A DNA stretch of 64,000 nt, from assembly GCA_046339595.1 (NCBI GenBank), contig JBKDUF010000011.1, positions 14,009 to 78,008 on the forward strand, written 5' to 3'. This document shows, in pieces, positions 9,289 to 17,156 of this stretch. The position numbers were made by a program, and so were the translations under genes. Source of the stretch: Betaproteobacteria bacterium (GTDB lineage Bacteria; Pseudomonadota; Gammaproteobacteria; Burkholderiales; SG8-41). Positions within the stretch are counted from its first letter, which is position 1, and each line of letters opens with the position of its first letter. The notes beneath the pieces were generated by a model. It saw nothing but the letters and a program-made list of their open reading frames with translations, did no database searches and was not told where the DNA came from.

Positions 9289-10212
9289 TCAGCCGCGGTA
9301 AATCGGTTCCGGCTGCGTGAAGAACGCGTGCAGGATATGGTACACCGTGAGGTAATTGATCTGCTGGAAGCTCGCATGCGAGATGCCGGCCATCACCGCG
9401 AACTGCTTGTCCGGATTGGGCAGGCGGTTGAAGAACTCGATCAGGTCTTCCATGCTGGCGATACCGTCGAACTGGCCGCGCATGATGATGGTGGCCGCCT
9501 TGATCTTCACCGGGTCGACCACGGGCAGGTTGGCGCACATGTCGAGATAGGTGCCGGTGGGCACCGAATCATCGAGCGCCAGAATGGCGTCGGCAAATGC
9601 CTCGATCACCTTTTCCTCGGCACAGCCCGGATGGTCACGGTTGAAAATGGAGTGGACAAAGGCGCGGTCGATCGGGCGGCGCTTCATCGACTTCCACTGG
9701 TCGAGTTTCTTCGCACGCTCTTCGAGCGTCGGGCTGCCCTTGCCGGTCCAGACGAAGGCGTCCAGCGCGAGACGCGACACGCGTGCGGGTTGGCGCTCGG
9801 CGAACATCGCGGCACGCAGCGCGCCCGATGAGATGCCGTAGACCATGAACTGCTTCGTGCCGCGGGTCTTCATGATGTAGTCGCTGGCGGCGGCGAGGTC
9901 ATCGGCGCCGTTGGCGATGTCGAAATACAGGTCGCGCTTCTTGTCGGAGCGGCCGTAGCCCTCCATGTCCACGCACCAGGTGTTGAAGCCGCGGTGGGCG
10001 AACCAGTCCATCACCGAAGAGTGCGGGCGGCCCGGCACCTGCAGGTCAAAGGTGGGCTGGGACGCCATCGACGAGCCGTGCACGAACAGGATGGTGCCCT
10101 TGGCGCCCCTGCCGTCGGTCGCGGGTTTCTCCCACAGGAACAGGTTGACGTCGCCCTTGCGGGTCCAGTGTTCGCGCCCGGTCACCGCGGGCGTGGCAGT
10201 TGCTTGTGTCAT
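9289..10212 (-). CDS. Alpha/beta hydrolase
   Basis: Oxyanion-hole region ILFVHGSS and nucleophile elbow MVYGISSGA (GxSxG). Start set at MTQATATPAV (10212). Confidence 0.75.
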   Translation of the reverse strand: MTQATATPAVTGREHWTRKGDVNLFLWEKPATDGRGAKGTILFVHGSSMASQPTFDLQVPGRPHSSVMDWFAHRGFNTWCVDMEGYGRSDKKRDLYFDIANGADDLAAASDYIMKTRGTKQFMVYGISSGALRAAMFAERQPARVSRLALDAFVWTGKGSPTLEERAKKLDQWKSMKRRPIDRAFVHSIFNRDHPGCAEEKVIEAFADAILALDDSVPTGTYLDMCANLPVVDPVKIKAATIIMRGQFDGIASMEDLIEFFNRLPNPDKQFAVMAGISHASFQQINYLTVYHILHAFFTQPEPIYRG

Positions 10213-10396
10213 TCTGATTTTTCCTGACTGGGCATGAGGCACAAAAAGGTGCGGAAGTCTAGGATACGGAACCCGTCCCGTCAAACATCGGTGCGGCCTT
10301 TATAATCCATTCGCTTGTCCTTGTTTTTAAATGTTTTTTTGTCCAGGACCGGACGGCCGCCAGAGCCGCCGCCGCGCCATACACAGAGGAACCGCT

Positions 10397-11194
10397 GTGA
10401 CCGCCCACTATTCCACCCAGTTCCGCTGCATCCGTGACGAAGTCAGCCCCGAGGAATGGCAAACCCGGCTCGATCTCGCCGCCTGCTACCGCCTGACCGA
10501 CGCCTACGGCATGACCGACCTGATCTACAACCACATCACGGCACGTATCCCCGGCGACAAGGAACACCTGCTGATCAATCTCTACGGCCTGATCTACAGG
10601 GAAATCACCGCGTCCAGCCTGGTCAAGATCGATCTGGAAGGCAACATCCTGTGGAAGCCGGAGACCGACTACGGCATCAACAAGTCCGGCTACGTGATCC
10701 ACGGCGCGATCCACCGCGCCCGCCCCGAGCTCAAATGCGTGATGCACACCCACACCCGCGCCGGCATGGCGGTGTCATCCCAGCAATGCGGCCTGCTGCC
10801 GATGACCCAGACCTCAATGCGCTTTGTCGGCCACATCGGCTACCACGACTACGAGGGTCCGGCGATCGACCTCGCCGAGCGTGAGCGCCTGGTGCGCGAC
10901 CTCGGACCCCATGACGCGCTGATCCTGCGCAACCACGGCCTGCTCACCTGCGGCGCCACCATCCAGCAGGCCTTCAACACGATGTACCAGCTGGAACTGT
11001 CCTGCCGCGCCCAGGTCGATGCGCTGGCCGGCGGCCAGGCCATCAACCTGCCGCCGAAGGCAGTGCTCGAACACACCGCCAACCTCTACCAGCCGGGCAC
11101 CCGCCGCCCCTACGGTGTGCTGGAATGGCATGCCCTGCTGCGCCAGCTCGACGCCGAACAGCGCAACTCAGGCTATCCGCCGCACTGGCACTGA
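10397..11194 (+). CDS. Class II aldolase/adducin family protein
   Basis: YVIHGAIHRARPELKCVMHTHTRAG and NHGLLTCG motifs. A GTG start at 10397 follows AGAGGA. The ORF-track start at 10331 is an alternative. Confidence 0.8.
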   Translation: MTAHYSTQFRCIRDEVSPEEWQTRLDLAACYRLTDAYGMTDLIYNHITARIPGDKEHLLINLYGLIYREITASSLVKIDLEGNILWKPETDYGINKSGYVIHGAIHRARPELKCVMHTHTRAGMAVSSQQCGLLPMTQTSMRFVGHIGYHDYEGPAIDLAERERLVRDLGPHDALILRNHGLLTCGATIQQAFNTMYQLELSCRAQVDALAGGQAINLPPKAVLEHTANLYQPGTRRPYGVLEWHALLRQLDAEQRNSGYPPHWH

Positions 11195-11257
11195 AGCACC
11201 GCTCGACAGAATGCACGGGGCACGCCGGAAAACAGCGCGCCGCCACTCATCGCCGCA

Positions 11258-12253
11258 TCAAAACACCGGTCTTTCCCGGAAGTGGCTCTCGCGCGCGATG
11301 GTGCGCACGCGTACGGGCTCGATGCGGTTGCCCTTGAGCACCTCGAGCGTGACCTCGACACCGGCATCACCGCTTTTCCACAGGCGCGTATACAGATCCG
11401 CCTGTCCGGCAACCGGCTGGCCGCCGAAACCGACAATGATGTCGCCGGCGCGCAATCCCGCCTCATCGGCAGGCCCTTCGGGATTGACGCGCGTGACAAT
11501 CACCTTGCCCTGCACTTCCTGTGAACTGATGCCCAGCCAGGGGCGCGGCTTCGCGGTCGCCCGGCCATTGGCAATGAAATCGCCGAGCACCGGCTTCATC
11601 GCGTCAATGGGCACGAACAGGTTGCCCGGCACCGCACCCTGGCCGACGGCATCACCCACCGCCAGCGAACCGATGCCCAGCAGCTGGCCCTCGCGCGAGA
11701 GCAACGCGGCGCCCTGCCAGTTGACTGTCGCCGGCGCGGTGTAGATCGCTTCGTCGAGCAGGTATTCCCAGTAGCCGACAAAAGGCCGCTTGGACACCAC
11801 GTAGGCCGGCGCCACTCCGTCAAAGCCGACGATCAGCACCACATCGCGCAGCTTCACCGCGGCCGACTGGCCCAGATCAACCGGCTTCACCGGCAGCGGC
11901 TGCAGCGATTTGACGAGCCCCAGCCCGGTCACGTTGTCAGTGCCGATGACGGTGGCGGGAAAACGGCGGCCATCCGTGGTGGACAGTTCCACGGTATCGG
12001 CTTCGGTCACCAGATAGCCGATGGTCATCACCAGTCCGCTGGAATCGATGACCACGCCGGTGCCTTCACGCGTGGTGCCGAGACTGCGCGCGCTGCGCGC
12101 GTTGGGCACGGTCTTCACGGTGAGCTTCACCACCGACAGCTCGTCAACGGTCATCTCGCGCTCGGCCGCAGACGCGGCCGGGACGGCCAGCAGCAGGACT
12201 GCGGCGAGCAGGGGCAGCAAGGGACGGCGCAGGCAGGACAGCAAGGCGCTCAT
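11258..12253 (-). CDS. Secreted HtrA/DegP-like (S1C fold) PDZ-domain protein with a substituted catalytic triad (probable pseudoprotease)
   Basis: It has a signal peptide (LLPLLAAVLLLAVPAASA), a trypsin-like core alignable by eye to DegP, and a PDZ-like C-terminus (VNPEGPADEAGLRAGDIIVGFGGQPV). The triad positions read TIGYLV (His->Tyr), GLGLV (Asp->Gly) and NWQGAAL (Ser->Gln). Confidence 0.75.
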   Translation of the reverse strand: MSALLSCLRRPLLPLLAAVLLLAVPAASAAEREMTVDELSVVKLTVKTVPNARSARSLGTTREGTGVVIDSSGLVMTIGYLVTEADTVELSTTDGRRFPATVIGTDNVTGLGLVKSLQPLPVKPVDLGQSAAVKLRDVVLIVGFDGVAPAYVVSKRPFVGYWEYLLDEAIYTAPATVNWQGAALLSREGQLLGIGSLAVGDAVGQGAVPGNLFVPIDAMKPVLGDFIANGRATAKPRPWLGISSQEVQGKVIVTRVNPEGPADEAGLRAGDIIVGFGGQPVAGQADLYTRLWKSGDAGVEVTLEVLKGNRIEPVRVRTIARESHFRERPVF

Positions 12254-12371
12254 GGCATGTTCTCCGCAGGATCGGGTGAAATGCTACGACGATTGCCCCC
12301 CGCGCGAAAGCCTCCCGCGGGTTTGGCGCTACAATGACCCACTTATTTCGCGGATTGTGGAGGACAAGGAC

Positions 12372-13145
12372 ATGGATCTCGGACTCAAAGGCAAGGTTGC
12401 GCTGGTTACCGGCGGCACCGAAGGCATCGGCAAGGCCACCGCGCTGACACTCGCTCGGGAAGGCGCCAGAGTCGCCATCTGCGCCCGCGGCAAAGCCCTG
12501 CTCGACGCCACCGCGGCGGATATCACCAGAGCCGGCGGCGAGGTATTGGCCGTGGTGGCGGACATGAGCAAGGCTGCCGACTGCAAGCGCTTCGTCGAGG
12601 AAGCCGAGCAGAAATTCGGCCGCATCGACATCCTGGTCAACAATGCGGGCACCTCCAAGCGCGGCAAGTTCCTCGAGCTGCAGGACGAGGAATGGGCCGC
12701 CGACATCGAGCTCAAGGTTTTCGGCGCCATCCGCTGCACCCGCCTCGCCATCCCGCACATGAAAAAACAGGGCGGCGGACGCATCATCAACATCACCATC
12801 TCCGGCGCCAAGCAGCCGGCAGCCGAGTCCTACCCGACCTCGGTTTCGCGTGCGGCGGGGCTGGCCATGACCAAGGCCCTGTCCAAGGAATTCGCGCCCG
12901 ACAACATCCTCGTCAACACCATCTGCATCGGCAAGATCAAGTCCGGCCAGCATGAGCGCCGCTTCACGAAGGATGGCATCAGCGCGGATCAGTATTACAG
13001 CGGACTGGGCAAGGACATTCCGATGAAGCGCGTCGGCGAAGCCCAGGAGGTGGCCAACGTGATCACCTTCCTCGCCTCGAACGCGGCAAGCTACGTCACC
13101 GGCACCAGCATCAACCTCGACGGCGGCATTTCGGGCACGCTCTGA
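12372..13145 (+). CDS. SDR family oxidoreductase
   Basis: MDLGLKGKVALVTGGTEGIGKA (TGxxxGIG), NNAG, and a YxxxK region (YPTSVSRAAGLAMTKAL). Confidence 0.9.
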   Translation: MDLGLKGKVALVTGGTEGIGKATALTLAREGARVAICARGKALLDATAADITRAGGEVLAVVADMSKAADCKRFVEEAEQKFGRIDILVNNAGTSKRGKFLELQDEEWAADIELKVFGAIRCTRLAIPHMKKQGGGRIINITISGAKQPAAESYPTSVSRAAGLAMTKALSKEFAPDNILVNTICIGKIKSGQHERRFTKDGISADQYYSGLGKDIPMKRVGEAQEVANVITFLASNAASYVTGTSINLDGGISGTL

Positions 13146-13166
13146 AGCTGCTGACCTGCCTGCAAA

Positions 13167-13197
13167 CAAAACGGCCCCGCACTGCGGGGCCGTTTTG
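13167..13197. terminator. Bidirectional rho-independent terminator between the SDR gene (+) and tRNA-Thr (-)
   Basis: acggccccgca (13171-13181) pairs perfectly with tgcggggccgt (13183-13193). It is flanked by an A-rich run on the left and TTTT on the right. Confidence 0.7.
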
Positions 13198-13203
13198 CAT
13201 GGT

Positions 13204-13279
13204 TGGTGCCGGAAATAGGAGTCGAACCTACGACCTTCGCATTACGAATGCGCTGCTCTACCAACTGAGCTATTCCGGC
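13204..13279 (-). tRNA. tRNA-Thr (anticodon CGU), CCA-encoded
   Basis: The reverse complement GCCGGAATAGCTCAGTTGGTAGAGCAGCGCATTCGTAATGCGAAGGTCGTAGGTTCGACTCCTATTTCCGGCACCA is 76 nt. It has a 7-bp acceptor stem, the D-loop AGCTCAGTTGGTAGAGC, the anticodon loop TTCGTAA and the T-arm GGTTCGA. From memory, it is almost identical to E. coli tRNA-Thr(CGU). Confidence 0.95.
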
Positions 13280-13316
13280 GGCGCCGGCCATCACCGTCAG
13301 GCCGGAATTCAATATT

Positions 13317-13766
13317 TTAACCCAGGCCCGAAACGCCGGCGCTGCGCACGCGAACGATGACGTCCACGCCTTCGGTCACCATGCCGGCAGGCAGCTCCGG
13401 CAGTCCGCTGAGCCGCAGGCCATCTGCCGGGATATCGGTGATCTCGCCGGTATCGACGTTGTAGAGATGGTGGTGGGGACCGGTGTTGGGGTCGTAGAAC
13501 ACCCGCTTTGGATCAACGATCACCTCACGGACGAGGCCGCGGTCGCGGAACAGGTTGAGCGTGTTGTACACCGTGGCCTTGGAAGTCTCGGCATGGCGCT
13601 CATTGGCCTGATGCAGGATCTGTTCAGCGGAAAGGTGCTGGCAGCGTGCAAACAGCACCCTGGCAATTTCCAGGCGCTGGTGGGTCGGCGCAATGCCGTG
13701 CCTGCGCAGCAGCGCACTGAGAGTCGGGCGATCGTAAGGTATTACTTGCAAAGGCGCAGCGTCCAT
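13317..13766 (-). CDS. Fur-family transcriptional regulator of the Irr (iron response regulator) type
   Basis: 149 aa. The winged-helix region is ATVYNTLNLFRDRGLVREV, followed by FYDPNTGPHHHLYNVDTGEITDI. This matches the Irr HHH motif region as I recall it from Bradyrhizobium Irr. No CxxC zinc-site cysteines are present. Confidence 0.75.
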   Translation of the reverse strand: MDAAPLQVIPYDRPTLSALLRRHGIAPTHQRLEIARVLFARCQHLSAEQILHQANERHAETSKATVYNTLNLFRDRGLVREVIVDPKRVFYDPNTGPHHHLYNVDTGEITDIPADGLRLSGLPELPAGMVTEGVDVIVRVRSAGVSGLG

Positions 13767-13782
13767 TAAGAATCATTCTAAT
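13766..13782. promoter_or_regulatory. Fur/Irr-type operator-like 7-3-7 palindrome abutting the start codon of the Irr-like gene
   Basis: TTAAGAA-TCA-TTCTAAT matches 12 of 14 specified positions of the ICE consensus TTTAGAA-N3-TTCTAAA (consensus from memory). Confidence 0.35.
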
Positions 13783-13979
13783 TCACTGTTTGGACTTTGT
13801 CTAATCACGTTGCCCGGGAGATGCGGTTGGCTGCAAAGGTCAGAGGCTCCAGAAGCTGCGGCATAGCTCAAGAAAAACTGTCATCCTGCCGCCGATCCCG
13901 GCCATACGCCCATTTGTCGGCGAAGTCTGACAGCAACATACAATCGCTTTATCCTCCAATCCCATAAAAAGGTGAAGTC

Positions 13980-14402
13980 ATGCTGAAGTATCAAATCCAA
14001 GGATTCAACCTGATTGAACTGCTGGTGGCGATCGCCATCATCGGGATTCTTTCGGCCATCGCAATACCCCAATATTTCGCGTACACCATTCGCGGCAAGA
14101 TATCCGAGGCCACTGCTGGGCTGAGCGAGTTGCGGCTGCGCGCCGAGAGATTTTTTTCCGACAACCGCACCTACGTCGGTTTCAATACCACTATCGCCAA
14201 CGCGCGCAATTTCACCTATGCCTGCACCACACCTTCAGCCACCGAGTTCACCTGCACCGCGACGGGTGTTGCCGGTGCGGGCCTGGGCGGTTTTGCCTAC
14301 ACCATCAACCACGCCAACGTGCGCACTTCAACCTTCACCGGCGTCAGCGGCTGGAACAACTCAACCACCTGCTGGGTGACCAAAAAGGGCGAAACGTGCT
14401 GA
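13980..14402 (+). CDS. Type IV pilin (PilE/PilA-like, prepilin-type N-terminal cleavage/methylation domain)
   Basis: MLKYQIQG/FNLIELLVAIAIIGILSAIAIPQY is a class III signal with Gly-1, Phe+1 and Glu+5. There is a C-terminal Cys pair (CWVTKKGETC). An AAGGTG RBS precedes the ATG. GC content is visibly lower than in the neighbours. Confidence 0.85.
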   Translation: MLKYQIQGFNLIELLVAIAIIGILSAIAIPQYFAYTIRGKISEATAGLSELRLRAERFFSDNRTYVGFNTTIANARNFTYACTTPSATEFTCTATGVAGAGLGGFAYTINHANVRTSTFTGVSGWNNSTTCWVTKKGETC

Positions 14403-15001
14403 TTGGCAAGTCCAATGCCAGAAATCTCGGCTTCACGGTCATCGAACTGGTGGTCACGCTCGCGCTGTTCGGAGTGCTGCTGGCCCTGGGTATTCCCGCC
14501 TTCACCACCTTCATCCAGAACACCCAGATCAAGAACGCTGCCGATAATGTTCTCAATGGCCTGACCATTGCCAGGGCCGAGGCCATTCACCGCAACGCAC
14601 CAGTACGTTTCCAGCTGGTCAGCAACATGACGGCCACCTGCGAGATCAGCTCCACCAGCGCCAGCTGGATCGTGAGCCTGGACGACGCTGCCGGGCAGTG
14701 TGAAATCGCCCCTTCGGAGACCACGGCGCCGCGTATCATCCAGAAATACGCCCAGCAGGAAAGCTCTCCCAGGGTCACGATCAATGCCACCGGGGGCGGC
14801 ATGGTGATTTTCACCGGGCTTGGCAGGGTCTCGGGTGCAGGCACCACGCAGATCGACTTCGCTCATGCCAACAGCGTCTGCGAGCATGTCAACGCCGCAG
14901 GCACCTCGCGCTGCCTGCGCTTGCTGATCGGCAGCGGCGGCGGAACAAAGCTGTGCGACCCCAAGGTCAGCAGCACCACCGATCCCCGTCATTGCAGCTG
15001 A
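14396..15001 (+). CDS. fimT: GspH/FimT family minor pilin
   Basis: NLG/FTVIELVVTLALFGVLLALGIPAF prepilin motif. The GTG start overlaps the pilin stop by 7 nt. The gene lies upstream of pilV. Confidence 0.75.
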   Translation: MLIGKSNARNLGFTVIELVVTLALFGVLLALGIPAFTTFIQNTQIKNAADNVLNGLTIARAEAIHRNAPVRFQLVSNMTATCEISSTSASWIVSLDDAAGQCEIAPSETTAPRIIQKYAQQESSPRVTINATGGGMVIFTGLGRVSGAGTTQIDFAHANSVCEHVNAAGTSRCLRLLIGSGGGTKLCDPKVSSTTDPRHCS

Positions 15002-15009
15002 GCCCCGCG

Positions 15010-15447
15010 ATGAACGCACCCCTGCAAAATCGCAGCCCGGGCCACGCCACCCAGAAAGGCGTGATGCTGATCGAAGCCCTGATCGGACTGCTCATTTTTA
15101 TGCTGGGCATCCTGGCACTGATTGGCATGCAGGGCATCGCCATGCAATACACCATCGACGCAAAATACCGCTCTGAGGCGAGTTTCCTGGCCAACCAGAT
15201 CATCGGCACGATGTGGGTGGACCGCGCCAACCTGGGGGCATACGACACCAGCGTCGGCGGAGGCACCACCGCCCGTACCGCCTGGGTTTCCAGCGTGCGG
15301 GAAACCCTTCCAGGCGCCACAGGCGCCAATGCACCGGCCATCGCGGTGAACGGCCGTCAGGCGACCGTCACCGTGTCCTGGCAACGCCCCGGAGATGCCG
15401 CGCCCAGCCGCCATCAGGCCGTGGCCCAGATCAACGATGCGCTGTGA
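15010..15447 (+). CDS. pilV: Type IV pilus modification protein PilV (minor pilin)
   Basis: MNAPLQNRSPGHATQKG/VMLIEALIGLLIFMLGILAL, plus its position in the operon. Confidence 0.8.
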   Translation: MNAPLQNRSPGHATQKGVMLIEALIGLLIFMLGILALIGMQGIAMQYTIDAKYRSEASFLANQIIGTMWVDRANLGAYDTSVGGGTTARTAWVSSVRETLPGATGANAPAIAVNGRQATVTVSWQRPGDAAPSRHQAVAQINDAL

Positions 15448-15456
15448 GCATTAACA

Positions 15457-16545
15457 ATGACTGATCACCGCCAATCGGGTCTCAGCCTGGTCGAATTACT
15501 GGTCGCGGTGGTGATCGGCCTCCTCGGCATCCTGGCAATGACCCAGGTCTACCTGATGAGCGAGCAGTTCAATCGCTCCACCGCCGGTGAAGGCAGCGCC
15601 CAGACCGGGGGCCTTATCGCGCTTTACACGATGGAACGGGATATCCGCATGTCGGGCTACGGCATTGCCGACTCGACCGCGCTGGGCTGCGGCATCGTCG
15701 ACTGGTATTACGAGCCGAAATACTCCAAAACCATTGATGCCTCTTCCACGCTGCCCAACATTACCCTGTCACCCGTGGCCATCACCACCAACGGCAGCAA
15801 CCCCGACAGCATCTCCATCATGTTCACGACCTCTTCGGAACGCACCATGCCGGGCAGGATCATGGGCTTCAATGCCGCTGACTCGGAGGTCACGGTCGAC
15901 GGTACCGCGGGCTTCCGCAATAACGACCTGGTGCTGCTCGTCAATCTCACTGGCACCCCGCGCTGCACGATGACCAAGGTCACCCAAGTGCTGCCTGCAA
16001 CCCAGGTATTGCAGATGCTTTCGGTTCCCACCGCGCCCAACAACCCGCCGTCCTGGGGCTCCTTCCCGGGCACCTACGCCAATGGCGACCTCATCCTGAA
16101 CCTGGGCAACCCGGTAATACGCACCTACTCCATCAACAACAATAAGCTGCGCGTCACCGACTCGCTGCTGCAGGCAGCCGGCTCCGCAGCCTCCGACCTT
16201 GTCGACGGCGTGGTCGACCTGCGCGCCCAATACGGCATGGACAACGGAGTGGGCGGGGTGGCGAACGACGGCATCGTCGACCAGTACACGAACAGCAGCC
16301 CCACCACCTCCGAGCAATGGCAGCAGCTGCTCTCGGTCCGGCTCGGCTTGCTGGCGCGTATCGGCGTTTACGAGAAACCCGCCACGGGCGCCAACTGCGA
16401 TGCCACCACCACGGCCCGGACCTGGTCTGGAGGCACGTTTTCCCGGCTTGACCTCGCCACGCTGACCAGCGAGGACCGCTGCTACCGCTACCGGGTGTTC
16501 GAGACGGTGATCCCCCTGCGCAACATGATCTGGAGGGCCTCGTGA
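15457..16545 (+). CDS. pilW: Type IV pilus minor pilin PilW
   Basis: MTDHRQSG/LSLVELLVAVVIGLLGILAM. Size (362 aa) and position fit PilW. Confidence 0.8.
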   Translation: MTDHRQSGLSLVELLVAVVIGLLGILAMTQVYLMSEQFNRSTAGEGSAQTGGLIALYTMERDIRMSGYGIADSTALGCGIVDWYYEPKYSKTIDASSTLPNITLSPVAITTNGSNPDSISIMFTTSSERTMPGRIMGFNAADSEVTVDGTAGFRNNDLVLLVNLTGTPRCTMTKVTQVLPATQVLQMLSVPTAPNNPPSWGSFPGTYANGDLILNLGNPVIRTYSINNNKLRVTDSLLQAAGSAASDLVDGVVDLRAQYGMDNGVGGVANDGIVDQYTNSSPTTSEQWQQLLSVRLGLLARIGVYEKPATGANCDATTTARTWSGGTFSRLDLATLTSEDRCYRYRVFETVIPLRNMIWRAS

Positions 16546-17129
16546 TGCACAACTCACCTGCCGGCGAGCGCGGCGTGGTGCTGTTTACAGCACTGATCGT
16601 GCTGGTGGCGATGACGCTGGCAGGCATTGCCCTGATGCGCCGCGTCGACAGTGGCACGCTGATCGCCGCCAATCAGGCTTTCCGCCAGGCCGCCACCCAT
16701 ATCGCAGACCTTGGCATCGAAGCCGCCCGCAACTGGCTGACCACCACCAGTGTCTCCCTGAATGCCGATTCCGGCGCCAGCGCTTACTACTCCACCTGGC
16801 AGGAAAATATAGATCTCCTGGGCAATGACCCCGGCAAGACCGACTTTGACTGGGGCACTGCCACCGTGACCACTGGCGCCCATGCCGGACCCGCCGGCTA
16901 CACGGTACGATACGTCATTCACCGCCTGTGCCAGGTTTCCGGCAATCCCCTCAGCGCAAACTGCGTCCGAACCAATGTCAGCGCGACCTCGACCCAGACC
17001 AGCACCCGTGGTGCCGCAGCCTATGGCCAGTACGCCATATCGGTCCCGGTCTCCGCGATGTACCGGATAACCGTGCGGGTTGAGGGCCCCCGCAACACCC
17101 TGAGCTACGTCCAGGCCACCGTCTTCTAG
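16542..17129 (+). CDS. pilX: Pilus assembly protein PilX (PilX N-terminal domain)
   Basis: ERGVVLFTALIVLVAMTLAGIALMR hydrophobic N-terminus without Glu+5. There is a 4-nt overlap with pilW. Confidence 0.75.
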   Translation: MMHNSPAGERGVVLFTALIVLVAMTLAGIALMRRVDSGTLIAANQAFRQAATHIADLGIEAARNWLTTTSVSLNADSGASAYYSTWQENIDLLGNDPGKTDFDWGTATVTTGAHAGPAGYTVRYVIHRLCQVSGNPLSANCVRTNVSATSTQTSTRGAAAYGQYAISVPVSAMYRITVRVEGPRNTLSYVQATVF

Positions 17130-17156
17130 CAAACCCCCAGACCCAGGAACCACGCC

